Origin: Macrostomum hystrix
Lineage: Eukaryota > Animalia > Platyhelminthes
Length of the DNA: 64,000 bases
Assembly (NCBI GenBank): GCA_950097015.1
Contig: CATNEN010000038.1
Coordinates: 1,798,001-1,862,000 of the forward strand
Direction: 5' to 3'
The position numbers were made by a program, and so were the translations under genes. Of this stretch, positions 34,101-45,172 are shown piece after piece. The notes beneath the pieces were generated by a model. It was not told the DNA's origin and did no database searches. It worked only from the letters and a program-made list of their open reading frames with translations. The number at the start of each line of letters is the position of its first letter. Within the stretch, counting starts at the first letter, position 1.

Positions 34101-37100
34101 TCAGTGAGCCTTTCCCACACCTTCAGTGAGCCTGTCCCACACCTTCAGTGAGCCTGTCCCACACCTTCAGTGAGCCTGTCCCACACCTTCTGTGAGCCTG
34201 TCCCACACCTTCAGTGAGCCTGTCCCACACCTTCTGTGAGCCTGTCCCACACCTCCAGTGAGCCTTTCCCACACCTTCAGTGAGCCTTTCTTAAGCCTTC
34301 AGTGAGCCTTTCTTAAGCCTTCAGTGACTCTTTCCCACACCTTCAGTGAGCCTGTCCCACACCTACTGTGAGCCTGTCCCACACCTTTAATGAGCCTGTC
34401 CCACACCTACTGTGAGCCTGTCCCACACCTTTAATGAGCCTGTCCCACACCTTCAGTGAGCCTGTCCCACACCTTCTGTGAGCCTGTCCCACACCTTCTG
34501 TGAGCCTGTCCCACACCTTCTGTGAGCCTGTCCCACACCTTCTGTGAGCCTGTCCCACACCTTCTGTGAGCCTGTCCCACACCTTCAGTGAGCCTGTCCC
34601 ACACCTTCTGTGAGCCTGTCCCACACCTTCAGTGAGCCTGTCCCACACCTTCTGTGAGCCTGTCCCACACCTGTGAGCCTGTCCCACACCTTCTGTGAGC
34701 CTGTCCCACACCTTCTGTGAGCCTGTCCCACACCTTCAGTGAGCCTGTCCCACACCTTCAGTGAGCCTGTCCCACACCTTCTGTGAGCCTGTCCCACACC
34801 TTCTGTGAGCCTGTCCCACACCTTCAGTGAGCCTGTCCCACACCTCCAGTGAGCCTTTCCCACACCTCCAGTGAGCCTTTCCCACACCTTCAGTGAGCCT
34901 TTCTTAAGCCTTCAGTGAGCCTTTCTTAAGCCTTCAGTGACTCTTTCCCACACCTTCAGTGAGCCTGTCCCACACCTTTAATGAGCCTGTCCCACACCTT
35001 CAGTGAGCCTGTCCCACACCTTCAGTGACTCTTTCCCACACCTTCAGTGAGCCTGTCCCACACCTACTGTGAGCCTGTCCCACACCTTTAATGAGCCTGT
35101 CCCACACCTTCTGTGAGCCTGTCCCACACCTTCAGTGAGCCTGTCCCACACCTTCAGTGAGCCTGTCCCACACCTTCAGTGAGCCTGTCCCACACCTTCA
35201 GTGAGCCTGTCCCACACCTTCAGTGAGCCTGTCCCACACCTTCTGTGAGCCTGTCCCACACCTTCAGTGAGCCTGTCCCACACCTTCTGTGAGCCTGTCC
35301 CACACCTTCAGTGAGCCTGTCCCACACCTTCTGTGAGCCTGTCCCACACCTTCTGTGAGCCTGTCCCACACCTTCTGTGAGCCTGTCCCACACCTACTGT
35401 GAGCCTGTCCCACACCTACTGTGAGCCTTTCCCAAACCTTCAGTGAGCCTGTCCCACACATTCAGTGAGCCTGTCCCACACCTTCTGTGAGCCTGTCCCA
35501 CACCTTCTGTGAGCCTGTCCCACACCTTCTGTGAGCCTGTCCCACACCTTCTGTGACCCTGTCCCACACCTTCAGTGAGCCTGTCCCACACCTTCAGTGA
35601 GCCTGTCCCACACCTTCAGTGAGCCTGTCCCACACCTTCAGTGAGCCTGTCCCACACCTTCAGTGAGCCTGTCCCACACCTTCTGTGAGCCTGTCCCACA
35701 CCTTCTGTGAGCCTGTCCCACACCTCCAGTGAGCCTTTCCCACACCTTCAGTGAGCCTTTCTTAAGCCTTCAGTGACTCTTTCCTACACCTTCAGTGAGC
35801 CTTTCTTAAGCCTTCAGTGACTCTTTCCCACACCTTCAGTGAGCCTGTCCCACATCCTTCAGTGAGCCTGTCCCACACATTATGTGACCCTTTCTTAAGC
35901 CTTCAGTGACCCTTTCTTAAGCCTTCAGTGACCCTTTCTTAAGCCTTCAGTGACTCTTTCCCACACCTTCAGTGAGCCTGTCCCACACCTACTGTGAGCC
36001 TGTCCCACACCTTCAATGAGCCTGTCCCACACCTTCAGTGAGCCTGTCCCACACCTTCTGTGAGCCTGTCCCACACCTTCAGTGAGCCTGTCCCACACCT
36101 TCAGTGAGCCTGTCCCACACCTTCAGTGAGCCTGTCCCACATTTTTAGTGAGCCTTTCCCCCACCATCAGTGAGCCTGTACCACACCGACACCTTCAGGT
36201 ATTTTTTGAAAAAACTAACCGCTAATTCCCCCCTTTTATATCTGCAACGTTTAGCGACTACGAACGAGGCGGTACGAGCATCGGCATTCCGGACACCAGT
36301 CGGCAGCAACAGCAGCAGCAGTATCATCACTCCGACACATTTCGTGATGACGCATCATCTGTTGGCAACGGAGCCGGCGCGTCCGCCAACGGCGGCGCAG
36401 GTGCCAGTCGTCGACCACGTCAGCGCGTTGACATGAGCGCAGCCGCCGCCGGTTTAAGTCGAGGTGGCGGCAGCAGCGGCGGCCGTCAGGTGATCGACTT
36501 TTCCTCGAACTCGACGGCTCAGTCTGGCGGCGACGGCGACGAGTTTGCCGACTTCCAGTCTGCCGGTGCCAAGGCGCAGCTATCCGAGCAGAAACCTGAC
36601 GACCCGTGAGTTGCCTACCTTACACCTGCGCTATGCTGTAATGATCCAACAGGTAAAATTTATCTGTATTTTGTATATGGCGATTCCTTCTTTTGCAGAG
36701 AACTACAATGGTCCGACTTTGCGTCAACCAGATCTGTGGTTCCCGGCAGTCAGCAGCAGAAGCAACAGCAAAAGCAACAAGTTGATTTGCTTCTGTCGAC
36801 TGATGAAGTGGAAAAAAATAGCGGGTAATTACTGACAGTAGAAAGACCAGGCTATTTTCCCCTCAAAAGAGAAAACTACGGAGGTGTTCCAAATACCCAC
36901 TGCCTACTTCACGACAGCTCCCAAACATGACCGATTTTCGTGAAAGTCCTCCATCTGACGATAAACTTATTTTAAAGCCGTCCTAGTCTGCATCGTCGAG
37001 TTATTCTGCGATTTATTCAACGACTTGAAGGTCGGGGATTCGATTCCCGATTCGCTGGAACAATTTGTGTTCTTCAGCAAGACACTTAACTCTGCATTGC

Positions 37101-38667
37101 TACAGTTCACCCAGCTGTTCAAAGGGTGCTAGAATCAGCTGGGAGTAATTGAGGGTGGGTGTGGCCTCCCTTAGTCCATGGACTGAACAGCCGTACACAG
37201 CCTTCGGATGCGTTGCACAATAGCTGCGCCTGTACTGTCGGCTGCTCATCTGGCCCAATTGGTGCAGGTGTAATCAATTAATAATTAAATTGTAATAAGT
37301 GATTAATTTGCAGCTAAAAATATAGGGGAAATGTTTCTTTCTACTGTTAGTAGACTATCGCGCGCAAGTGTTATTTTAATAATATTTTTTACAGCGGAAA
37401 CGACGGATTCGCTGATTTCTCCTGCATGCCCAGCAACAAAGGCGCGGCAATCAACGCCAGTGCTAATAGCAACAGCAATGTGGACCTGCTAACTGGACTC
37501 GATTTCAGTGGGTCCAGCGATGCCAACCTCATTGGCTTGGGCATACCGACACAAGTTCTTGGCCCAGCATCTTCCGTACCTCTGCAGCCTCAGCCGGCCA
37601 CTTCCGGTCTCATTTTTGTTGGCCAACCGGCCATCGCGCAAGTCTATCAGCAGCAGCAGCAGCAGCAGCAGCTGCACCTGCTGGGTGGTGGCGCTGCGGC
37701 ACCGGTGCAAACCCTCAGACAGTTGCAGGCCACATCTCACATGCCCGGACCTGCTGCTTGTGAGTAGTCTGATTTATCTGCGGTCTAAGATGGCTTATCT
37801 CTCCCAGAACTGACGGGATCACGGCTGACAGTTCTGAGGAATCACAGCTGACAGATCTGACGGGATCACAGCTGACATATCCGGGGAGATCACAGCTGAC
37901 AGATCTGAGGGGATCACAGCTGACAGATCTGAGGGGATCACAGCTGACAGATCTGACGGGATCACAGCTGACAGATCTGAGGGGATCACAGCTGATAGAT
38001 CTGAGGGATACATTATATTTTCAGAGGGTTTTGGGCTCTGACATTTAAAGACACCAGATTCGCGGCTAAGGAAAGTCACTTCTGCCCATTCCACTGACTC
38101 CTGAGCACACGCGCACTCATAATGTACGCAGGCACACACACACACAGGTGTACGTCTGCCCTGACTTTCTCATCGTCAGGCAGTGTACACTTTCTTTGTG
38201 CCTAGAAGGTCGGCCCTCAAAGGCGTTAATTCCACAACATGCACCCCAAGCCATCTCCGCTCATCCGCTGATGCGCCCCAAATGAATGTGGCCTCGCTAT
38301 GAAATCGAGCTCAATGACCTTAGTGCGAGAGGTGAACGCGTTAGACCGCTGTGCCACTCACCGCCACCCCGATGTGAGGATAGACCGGACTTTCCACGTC
38401 TTTGATTTGACTAATCTTCGTCTTTCACCTGCCGCAGCCTTCGCAATGAGCCCGGCACCACTTGCCCGCCCAGTGGGTCTGGCCGCGCAGCAGCCCTCGC
38501 GCGGCCCCCAGCCGCAGCCTCAGCAGCAGCTGCAGTCGCCAACATCGCCGAGCTATCCGACTAGCGTCAATTGGGGCGGCGGCGGCGTCGGCGGCGGCTC
38601 CAGGCGAGCTCCGAGCCTGCAGGCCAAAGCCGATCAGGCCTTTGCCGATCTGGTCACGCTGAAGTGA
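28158..38667 (+). CDS. CLINT1: Clathrin interactor 1 / EpsinR (ENTH domain); exons 28158-28204, 29385-29586, 30148-30286, 31107-31301, 31925-32114, 36255-36605, 36699-36824, 37395-37759, 38438-38667; about 614 aa
   Basis: ENTH sequence TNVVMNYTDLEGKVREATNDDAWGP...NWRRVYK|SLLLLTYLVRHGSERVVTSAREHIYDLR...LREERKAARKNRDKY. AP-1 gamma-ear type motifs DEFADFQ, WSDFA and DGFADFS. No UIMs. All eight introns are GT-AG and phase-consistent. Confidence 0.93.
29647..30056. repeat. Minisatellite, 48/60-bp compound units (CLINT1 intron 2)
   Basis: Repeats of gaatcgcagcagtagccttagtcgg.atggctgctggaatcggagca. Confidence 0.9.
30358..31075. repeat. Minisatellite, 32-bp unit (CLINT1 intron 3)
   Basis: caatgacccaccaaagatcatgtaggatgctg, about 22 copies. 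Confidence 0.95.
31390..31835. repeat. Minisatellite, 19-bp unit (CLINT1 intron 4)
   Basis: cagatccccaatac(a/t)gact, with degenerate edges. Confidence 0.92.
32860..33400. repeat. Minisatellite, 30-bp unit (CLINT1 intron 5)
   Basis: tgacccattagcaccagtttaaacaagatg. Confidence 0.92.
34100..36196. repeat. Minisatellite, 22-bp unit, about 2.1 kb (CLINT1 intron 5)
   Basis: ttc(a/t)gtgagcctgtcccacacc, with recurring ttcttaagcc variant blocks. Confidence 0.96.
37025..37290 (+). mobile_element. 5'-truncated tRNA/CORE-like SINE (CLINT1 intron 7)
   Basis: B-box-like GATTCGATTCC and CORE-like gtgttcttcagcaagacacttaactct...cagttcacccagctgt. The tail gcaggtgtaatcaatta also occurs at about 29213-29229. 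Confidence 0.6.
37810..38010. repeat. Minisatellite, 24-bp unit (CLINT1 intron 8)
   Basis: gatcacagctgacagatctgaggg. Confidence 0.9.
38012..38362 (-). mobile_element. tRNA-derived SINE (family A), diverged copy
   Basis: Colinear with 48535-48903 (ctgactcctgag, gtacgcaggcacac, ggccctcaa.ggcgt, tgtggcctcgc, gtgcgagagg). Confidence 0.75.
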
Positions 38668-38889
38668 TCGCTTGCGAGTTGCTATGGTTTTGCCTTACAT
38701 TCCTGTTCTAGTTTTAGCACAAGTACATGCTGTCAGCTCTGCCGTTTAATTCTGGAAATAGATAGAAACCGTCTTTCTGATTCCCATATAAAGAAGCAAA
38801 AAAATAACAGTAGCGAACGCCAACTCATATCCAACTTTTATGGGGCTTGAATTCCGCACAGATCTCATCAAAGCGGCCAGCGCATGTAA

Positions 38890-39080
38890 GATTCCATTAG
38901 AGGAGCCAGCTCCCTCGTTGATCCCATTAGAGGAGCCAGCTCCCTCCTTGATCCCATTAGAGGATCCAGCTCCCTCCTTGATCCCATTAGAGGAGCCAGC
39001 TCCCTCGTTGATCCCATTAGAGGAGCCAGCTCCCTCGTTGATCCCATTAGAGGAGCCAGCTCCCTCCTTGATCCCATTAG
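38890..39080. repeat. Minisatellite, 30-bp unit, downstream of the CLINT1 stop
   Basis: atcccattagaggagccagctccctc(g/c)ttg, about 6 copies. Confidence 0.92.
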
Positions 39081-41837
39081 AATAGCAAGCACCCTCTGGG
39101 ATTTTCTGTTCCACAAGCGTATTTGATTAGTTGTATTCGAAGACAGCATTATCAATAAACAAAGGTGAATTTTCCAGTTGTTTCCTCTCGACCGCTTTAT
39201 ATTTTTCATGAAAAATAACTGGTTTCACCCGCCGTCCCTTCATTAAGTCGCATGAAACGCATCTTCGCTTTGCATAACACACTTATTAAGTCGCCCCGTA
39301 GACACATCTACAGTAATCTCAGTCTTTGTCCTGCAAGTATATTCGTATTGTTTTTCGGATCGACACATTCCAGTGCCTGGAATATGCGTGATTAATCAAA
39401 TCTTTGGTGATCTTCAAATCTTAATCGAGCACCAAATTACAATCCGGAGCAGTGAATTGGTTCTTGTCTTCTTCAATTTCTTCGTGTACTATTATGCAAA
39501 GCCATTGTGTGTTTCATTTGCAGCTGCTGCTTTGCTCTTAGCTTCAATACCTATGAACTCTTTTCCTCAAATTTGTTCAACAGATACAACCCACCCCAAG
39601 GCGAGTCTTTGCTGATTTGATATGGAATCGCTATTGTTCTATTGTCACTTTCAACTCCGCGACTAACGAGTAGAACCTTGCTGCGCGCTTTTCCGTTTGT
39701 TTATCCCGGACTTTATTGGACGCACTTTTTACACAACTGATGCCACCATATACTGTATATGTGCACTGAAACAACTAGGTAGAAGCTTTATTATGGTACT
39801 CAGTTTTCGGTTTTAATCGGGTCTGACGCAGCAGATGTATTCAAACTCGATAATTCGCTGCCTACACTGTGCCATATGTTCCAAAATATATATTTAGACT
39901 CCTACCTACGAATGTGTAATAGGCACATGTGTCAAGACATGATGTGTAATACTTTGCACGTATTTTAATTCTTATTTTCTTAGATTTCTCTCCTAGTGCC
40001 AGCCAGGCAATGAAATACGGTCCCTGTTTTATGTTCACAGATATCCTAGCTTTCATAGTCTTTATTTTCTTCACTGCGCACGCTGTGACACCGGGGCTGA
40101 ACAATAACAAGGTTTGGAGTTTATGTTTTACTCTTGTGCCTTAAAAGTTTCATTTTAAATGGCAGTTTTTTTGCTGAAATTCAGCTGGCCTTGTCAGACC
40201 TGTGTAAGGCTGTTCAATATGAATAATTTACGCCTAGTTTAGTATATAAGGACTAGCAATTAAGAACCCCCTCCGTAACCTAGTACACTGTTCTCTTGTA
40301 CAAGTCTTATTTATCTTTATTATTGTCAAAGTTAAGTCGTCTCACTCGTCTCTAAGTAGCCTTTCTAATGTCTTGTCTTAGTGTTTTGCTATCGTTTCTC
40401 TCAGTTGTTTTTTACTCTTAGCCAAAACCCGTCTGTTCTCTCCGTTGTGCTCAATCGATTTTATTGTTTTAATTGTTTTCACTTCAAGCTAAGTAGCTGT
40501 AAAAGTTTATTTTTTTATCTCTAGAAACACTGAATGCTACCACATGCGCTGTGATTCTTTGCACACAATCGCACTCAATATATACTATGCACTACTGAAC
40601 CCTTCAGTCCGCCCTTGTCCATTTTTTTCAAAACACTTTTAAGTTTCTAGATTGACATCGAGACTGCAGTCCAACGTACTTAATAATTGATTGAAGCCAA
40701 CAATTCGTTCTCGAACTCCTGTTTTATTGAGTTATTCGTTCACAAGATTTCATTAAACTTTTGGCGCTAACAGCACAGGGTGTTGCCTTTCTCTCTCTCT
40801 TAGTTTACGAAAGACACTATTTTTTGTTAAAATCTACAAAAGTTCTCTGTAGTCGACTCTAAGAAAACTGAATCGCTTGTTTTATTTCAGTTAGTTTATT
40901 TTTCTTCTCGTTGTACGCGCTACTGTACTGTGAAAGCCATGTGTCATATTCTATTTAAAGCGTAACACGGCAGGTTAATAGTTGTTTAAGTCGGTTTTCA
41001 TCGTTTGTTTTAAAAGCAATATAAGCCCCAATATACGCGCAGGAGTGAACACGACAAACACGAATTAATATTTCAATACGTAATATACAAGTGCTGTTTC
41101 AAGAATAATATTACGAAGTGGCACACATAAATAGCTTCAATAAATTTTAATTTAGATTCAGCCTTTTCTCTTTGATTTGTTTAGCGTAAAACGGCCCTTT
41201 TAAGACTAGTAAAATTCTGCGGGAAACTTTTGCTTTAGCCAGCAATATCGATCAATGAAATCTATGAAATCAATGAAGTCACTGCATTATTTCAAAACAA
41301 TAATACAAGAATAAATAATGAAATTCTCAAAATATTTGTTATTTAGTGCTCGCCATTTTACTACAATTGATAACTTGCAAACTAAACACTGCATTAAAAT
41401 GCAATTCGCCTCGCAATCTGTCTTCCCTGTTATATTTTAGCACGAATTAACAATCAGTTGAGTTGACACGACAGTTAACTTATATAGATTAAATACAAAA
41501 TGAATTTAATGGATTTTACAGTACCTTAAATTACATACATTTAACTAGCGTCAGCACTGCATGTTGCAAGCCCACAGTGGGATAGCGAAATCAGAGCAGA
41601 CAAAAGCAGACTGAAAAGATACGCATTCTATGAAATGCTGCTGCCTTGACAATCGCGTAAGTTGAAAAAGCTTACTAAAACGTCAAAATTTATTAACCAC
41701 ATTTGCTACTGTTAGTAGCTTGCTACGTACGAGTACTAATGGACCATGAAAAAACGCGTATCAAATATTGTGAAGTCAGAAATAGAAGTTTAAATGTTAA
41801 CTGTTTTGCTGTTAAAGCATCGATTGGTGTATCTCGC

Positions 41838-42935
41838 TTACACCGCCTCTTCTTTTGTCGCAGATTCCTCAGCCGCCTCAGTGGCATCGCCATCGGCAGC
41901 CACAGCCGGTCCAGCGAATCTGGCAGCTCGAGCTCGCTTTTTTGCGGTTACCTCTTCAGAAACTTCGTCTGTTTCGTCGCTGGCTGCCTTCGCGTCTGCC
42001 GGCTCGGCACTAGCCGCGCCATCCTGCCGCTTCAGCGCCGGCGAGGTGACAACACCGAATCTTTCGGAGCGTTTGCGCATCTTTTCAACATCGCCAGGTG
42101 CTAAACTGGCGTCAGCTGCTTGACGCGAGCCGCGCGCCACAGCCGGCTTCGGCGAAGCGTAGGCGACCTGGTCGCCGAAGCGCTGGGCGCGGGCTCGCTT
42201 GCGTGACTCAATCTCGGGGTGGGTGGTGTCGGCCGAAGCGGAGTTCGATTTCTCAGTCGTCTTCGCAGCCGGAGCCACGCCGAATCGTTTGGCGCGCAAC
42301 TCGCGCCTCTCATCTTCGGTGAGCTCGGCCAGGCCGGAGGCTTTCATTGGAGCGCGGAGGACGCCCTGAAGCGGCTGCGGAGGCTCCGGCTTGGATGACT
42401 CATCTGGCTGCTTGTCCAGCTCCTCGTCTTCCGTCGTAGAGGGCTTCGGAACTGTCGAGTCTTCAGTTTGGCTATTGGACGAGGAAGCCGTGTCTGCTTC
42501 GTCTGGAGCTTCCGATTGGCTAGAGGGTGCAAACTTCTGCGTCTCCTTCTCGGCTCCCGATTGGCTGGCGAGAGCGGGGGTGGGTGTTACAGTCTTGGCG
42601 GCTTCAGGCTTTAATGACTGAACAGCCTGCGGCTGCGGCGGCGGTGGAGACGCTGGAGGCGGTGTTGAAATCCTGCTATCTTCGTCTAGCTCGCTGCGAT
42701 CTTCCCCGCTGACGCCGGCGCCACCGCCAGAAGCATCATCATCTGCTTCTAGCGCCTCATCAGAAAGCAACAGAGACTCCTCATTTGCTTGGGCAACCAA
42801 ATGGGCATGCAGGCGATCAACTAAATCCTTCTTGGAGCCAGTGACAGTCAGACCAGATGATTTGCAGCGTTCTTTTAGCTCCTTTAGTTTCAGCGAGCTT
42901 AGCTGCTCTACTGTTGGCACCTGTTCGCCCGACAT
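41838..42935 (-). CDS. SARNP: SAP domain-containing ribonucleoprotein (SARNP/CIP29/Tho1-like), 365 aa, single coding exon
   Basis: N-terminal SAP domain (LSSLKLKELKERCKSSGLTVTGSKKDLVDRL) and repeated R-x-x-RFG motifs (RAKRFG, RAQRFG, RSERFG, RAARFAG) typical of Tho1/MOS11/SARNP. Confidence 0.85.
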   Translation of the reverse strand: MSGEQVPTVEQLSSLKLKELKERCKSSGLTVTGSKKDLVDRLHAHLVAQANEESLLLSDEALEADDDASGGGAGVSGEDRSELDEDSRISTPPPASPPPPQPQAVQSLKPEAAKTVTPTPALASQSGAEKETQKFAPSSQSEAPDEADTASSSNSQTEDSTVPKPSTTEDEELDKQPDESSKPEPPQPLQGVLRAPMKASGLAELTEDERRELRAKRFGVAPAAKTTEKSNSASADTTHPEIESRKRARAQRFGDQVAYASPKPAVARGSRQAADASLAPGDVEKMRKRSERFGVVTSPALKRQDGAASAEPADAKAASDETDEVSEEVTAKKRARAARFAGPAVAADGDATEAAEESATKEEAV

Positions 42936-44387
42936 CTGTAATATAAAAAATTAAGCAAGGTTTGGTAAACTTGTCAGGTCTGGGAAAAATCTATATTCGA
43001 TAAAAGTAGAGCTGACACATGTTTTTGTTTATTAGCATTAGCGCTCAAATTTTATCTTTAGACTGATCTAACAGAAATAGTTCTCGTGTATACACCAGTT
43101 TGAATTAATTTGCAATGAGAACATCTAATCTTCATATAAGACCAGGGGTCAGCTAAATTATTAAATGTTGTAGGCCTCTTTTCTTATTTCTTATTACTAA
43201 ACTAAAAATTCCAATAATACCAATCCTACTTCTGTTACCAAAGTTGTTGTAGTGCTAATACACTTTATTCAAGTACTGTTTTTATGTCAATCTTATGAAT
43301 GTCTTTACTTTATTCGCTTTATGTACTTTCTTAATTCAAATTGGTAGCATTTATGCATCTAATCTGGTAGCGTTATAATATGGCCGACTTCTATTTTACT
43401 TTTACTTATAACTTTGATGTATTATTTCTATAAGTACTATTTCTCAATCTGTATCTGTCCTTATCCGTCTTTATCCGTCTTTAATTCAATCTTTAGTCCG
43501 TCTTTAATTCAATCTTCAGTCCGTCTTTAATTCAATTTTCAGTCTGTCTTTGATTCAACCTTCAGTCCATCTTTGATTCAATCTTCAGTCCATCTTTGGG
43601 CTTTACCAATGGATCTAGATTTACAGCTTTTCTTCACTCCATTTACTTCTCTTTCGCAATGTCTCTTTCTCAAATAACTTCAACGAAAACACTTCAAGAT
43701 TCAAGCTTTCTCAATCTGAACTCTTTTCCCAACTGAGGTTGACCGAGTTAGTTTTTCTCTTTATTTTGCTTGTGTATTCACTCTTTGTCACTCCTTTCTT
43801 CACTTCATTATAACTTTTATATTTTGGTGCATTCAGTGCATAAAAACAAATTTGGTGCATTTTAACAAAATTAGTCAAACAAATGATGCATTAAAACAAA
43901 CATACTAAATTTGCAGGAACATTTCTAAGAAACTAAAATAATTCTAGGCCCTATTTCATAAATAAATATTTTCAAGTGGATATGTTAATGGCCAACTATG
44001 GTCAACTTGCATATAGCTTTTGGCCATTTATAAAATGTTGAGAGCTTGCCATACCATGCATGGAACTATAAGTAAGGTAAGTAAGTGGCTAAACTAGATA
44101 CTATTAAAAGTTTAAAATGTTTGCCTAATTTCAATTCGAAAATAAAAGTTACAATGTGAATCTGAAAGATTGCCCAAAAATATGAAAAAATATGAAACAG
44201 GTACAATAGCTAAGCTTATAATTATAAGTATGAGTTAGGCCTAGGCTATTTGGCACTTATTAGGCCTAGTTTCCCTTTTATAATTACATGTATAGGCTTA
44301 AAAGTAGGAACCAGACAAACAACTATAGTCATAGAGTTCTGGTCTACTAAAAGTAGACAAAGACAGACCTATGACTGTTTTGCATTA

Positions 44388-45172
44388 GGAAGTGCTTATT
44401 CCCACGGTCCCGTGCCGATAATTTCAATTTTATCCACATGGATCCGTGCCGATAATTTTCTGCTTATCCACATGGCAGCTTGTATGAATAGGTCTACTTT
44501 CAAGTCCCTACCTATTCTTCTCTGAGCATAAGGCTTTTGCTTTAGAGGATAGTGTATAGTGTACAGTGTACACTATCAATGCATAGTGTAAAATAATAAC
44601 AATGATGTATAATATGTGTGACGAGTTTGGTGCTGACTAGAATTCTGCTGGTTGACTCGTATGATTTTCTTTGATTGACTTCTTACTTTTTAAGTCAATA
44701 CAATTTGAATGAAAACACGTACGTAACGATAACAAAAGATTTAGTAAGTTGTTATTACAAAAATTAAAAAGGATGACACTAATGTCGGTTAATGAATGTG
44801 TAGGTCAAAATGTAGAACACTGTCGTAACACACTGGGAACTTTGTCGATCTATTGGCTTGAGGGTTTAGCAAAACTTTCAAACCCGAAAGGGCCTCGTTT
44901 CAAAGAACAGAACCGCATGGATAAAATTGAAATTAACGGCACAGCATATATAAAGAGTTTTAGACCTATTCATACAAGCTGCTGTGTGGATAAGCAGAAA
45001 ATTATCGGCATGGCTCCATGTGGATAAAATTGAAATTAACGGCACGGCATATATAAAGAGTTTTAGACCTATTTATACAAGCTGCCGTGTGGATAAGCAG
45101 AAAATTATCGGCACGGCTCCGTGTGGATAAAATTGAAATTATCGGCACGGGACCGTGGGAATAAGCTCTGCC
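44388..45172. mobile_element. Mutator-like (MULE) MITE, 785 bp
   Basis: TIRs of about 110 bp (GG.AG.GCTTATTCCCACGGTCCCGTGCCGATAATTTCAATTTTATCCAC...). Exact 9-bp TSD tttgcatta at 44379-44387 and 45173-45181. The right subterminal unit is duplicated. Confidence 0.88.

Noticed and set aside
29580-36196. Repetitive ORFs in CLINT1 introns; arrays that superficially resemble CRISPR
   Set aside because: Head-to-tail minisatellites with no unique spacers, no cas genes and a eukaryotic context.
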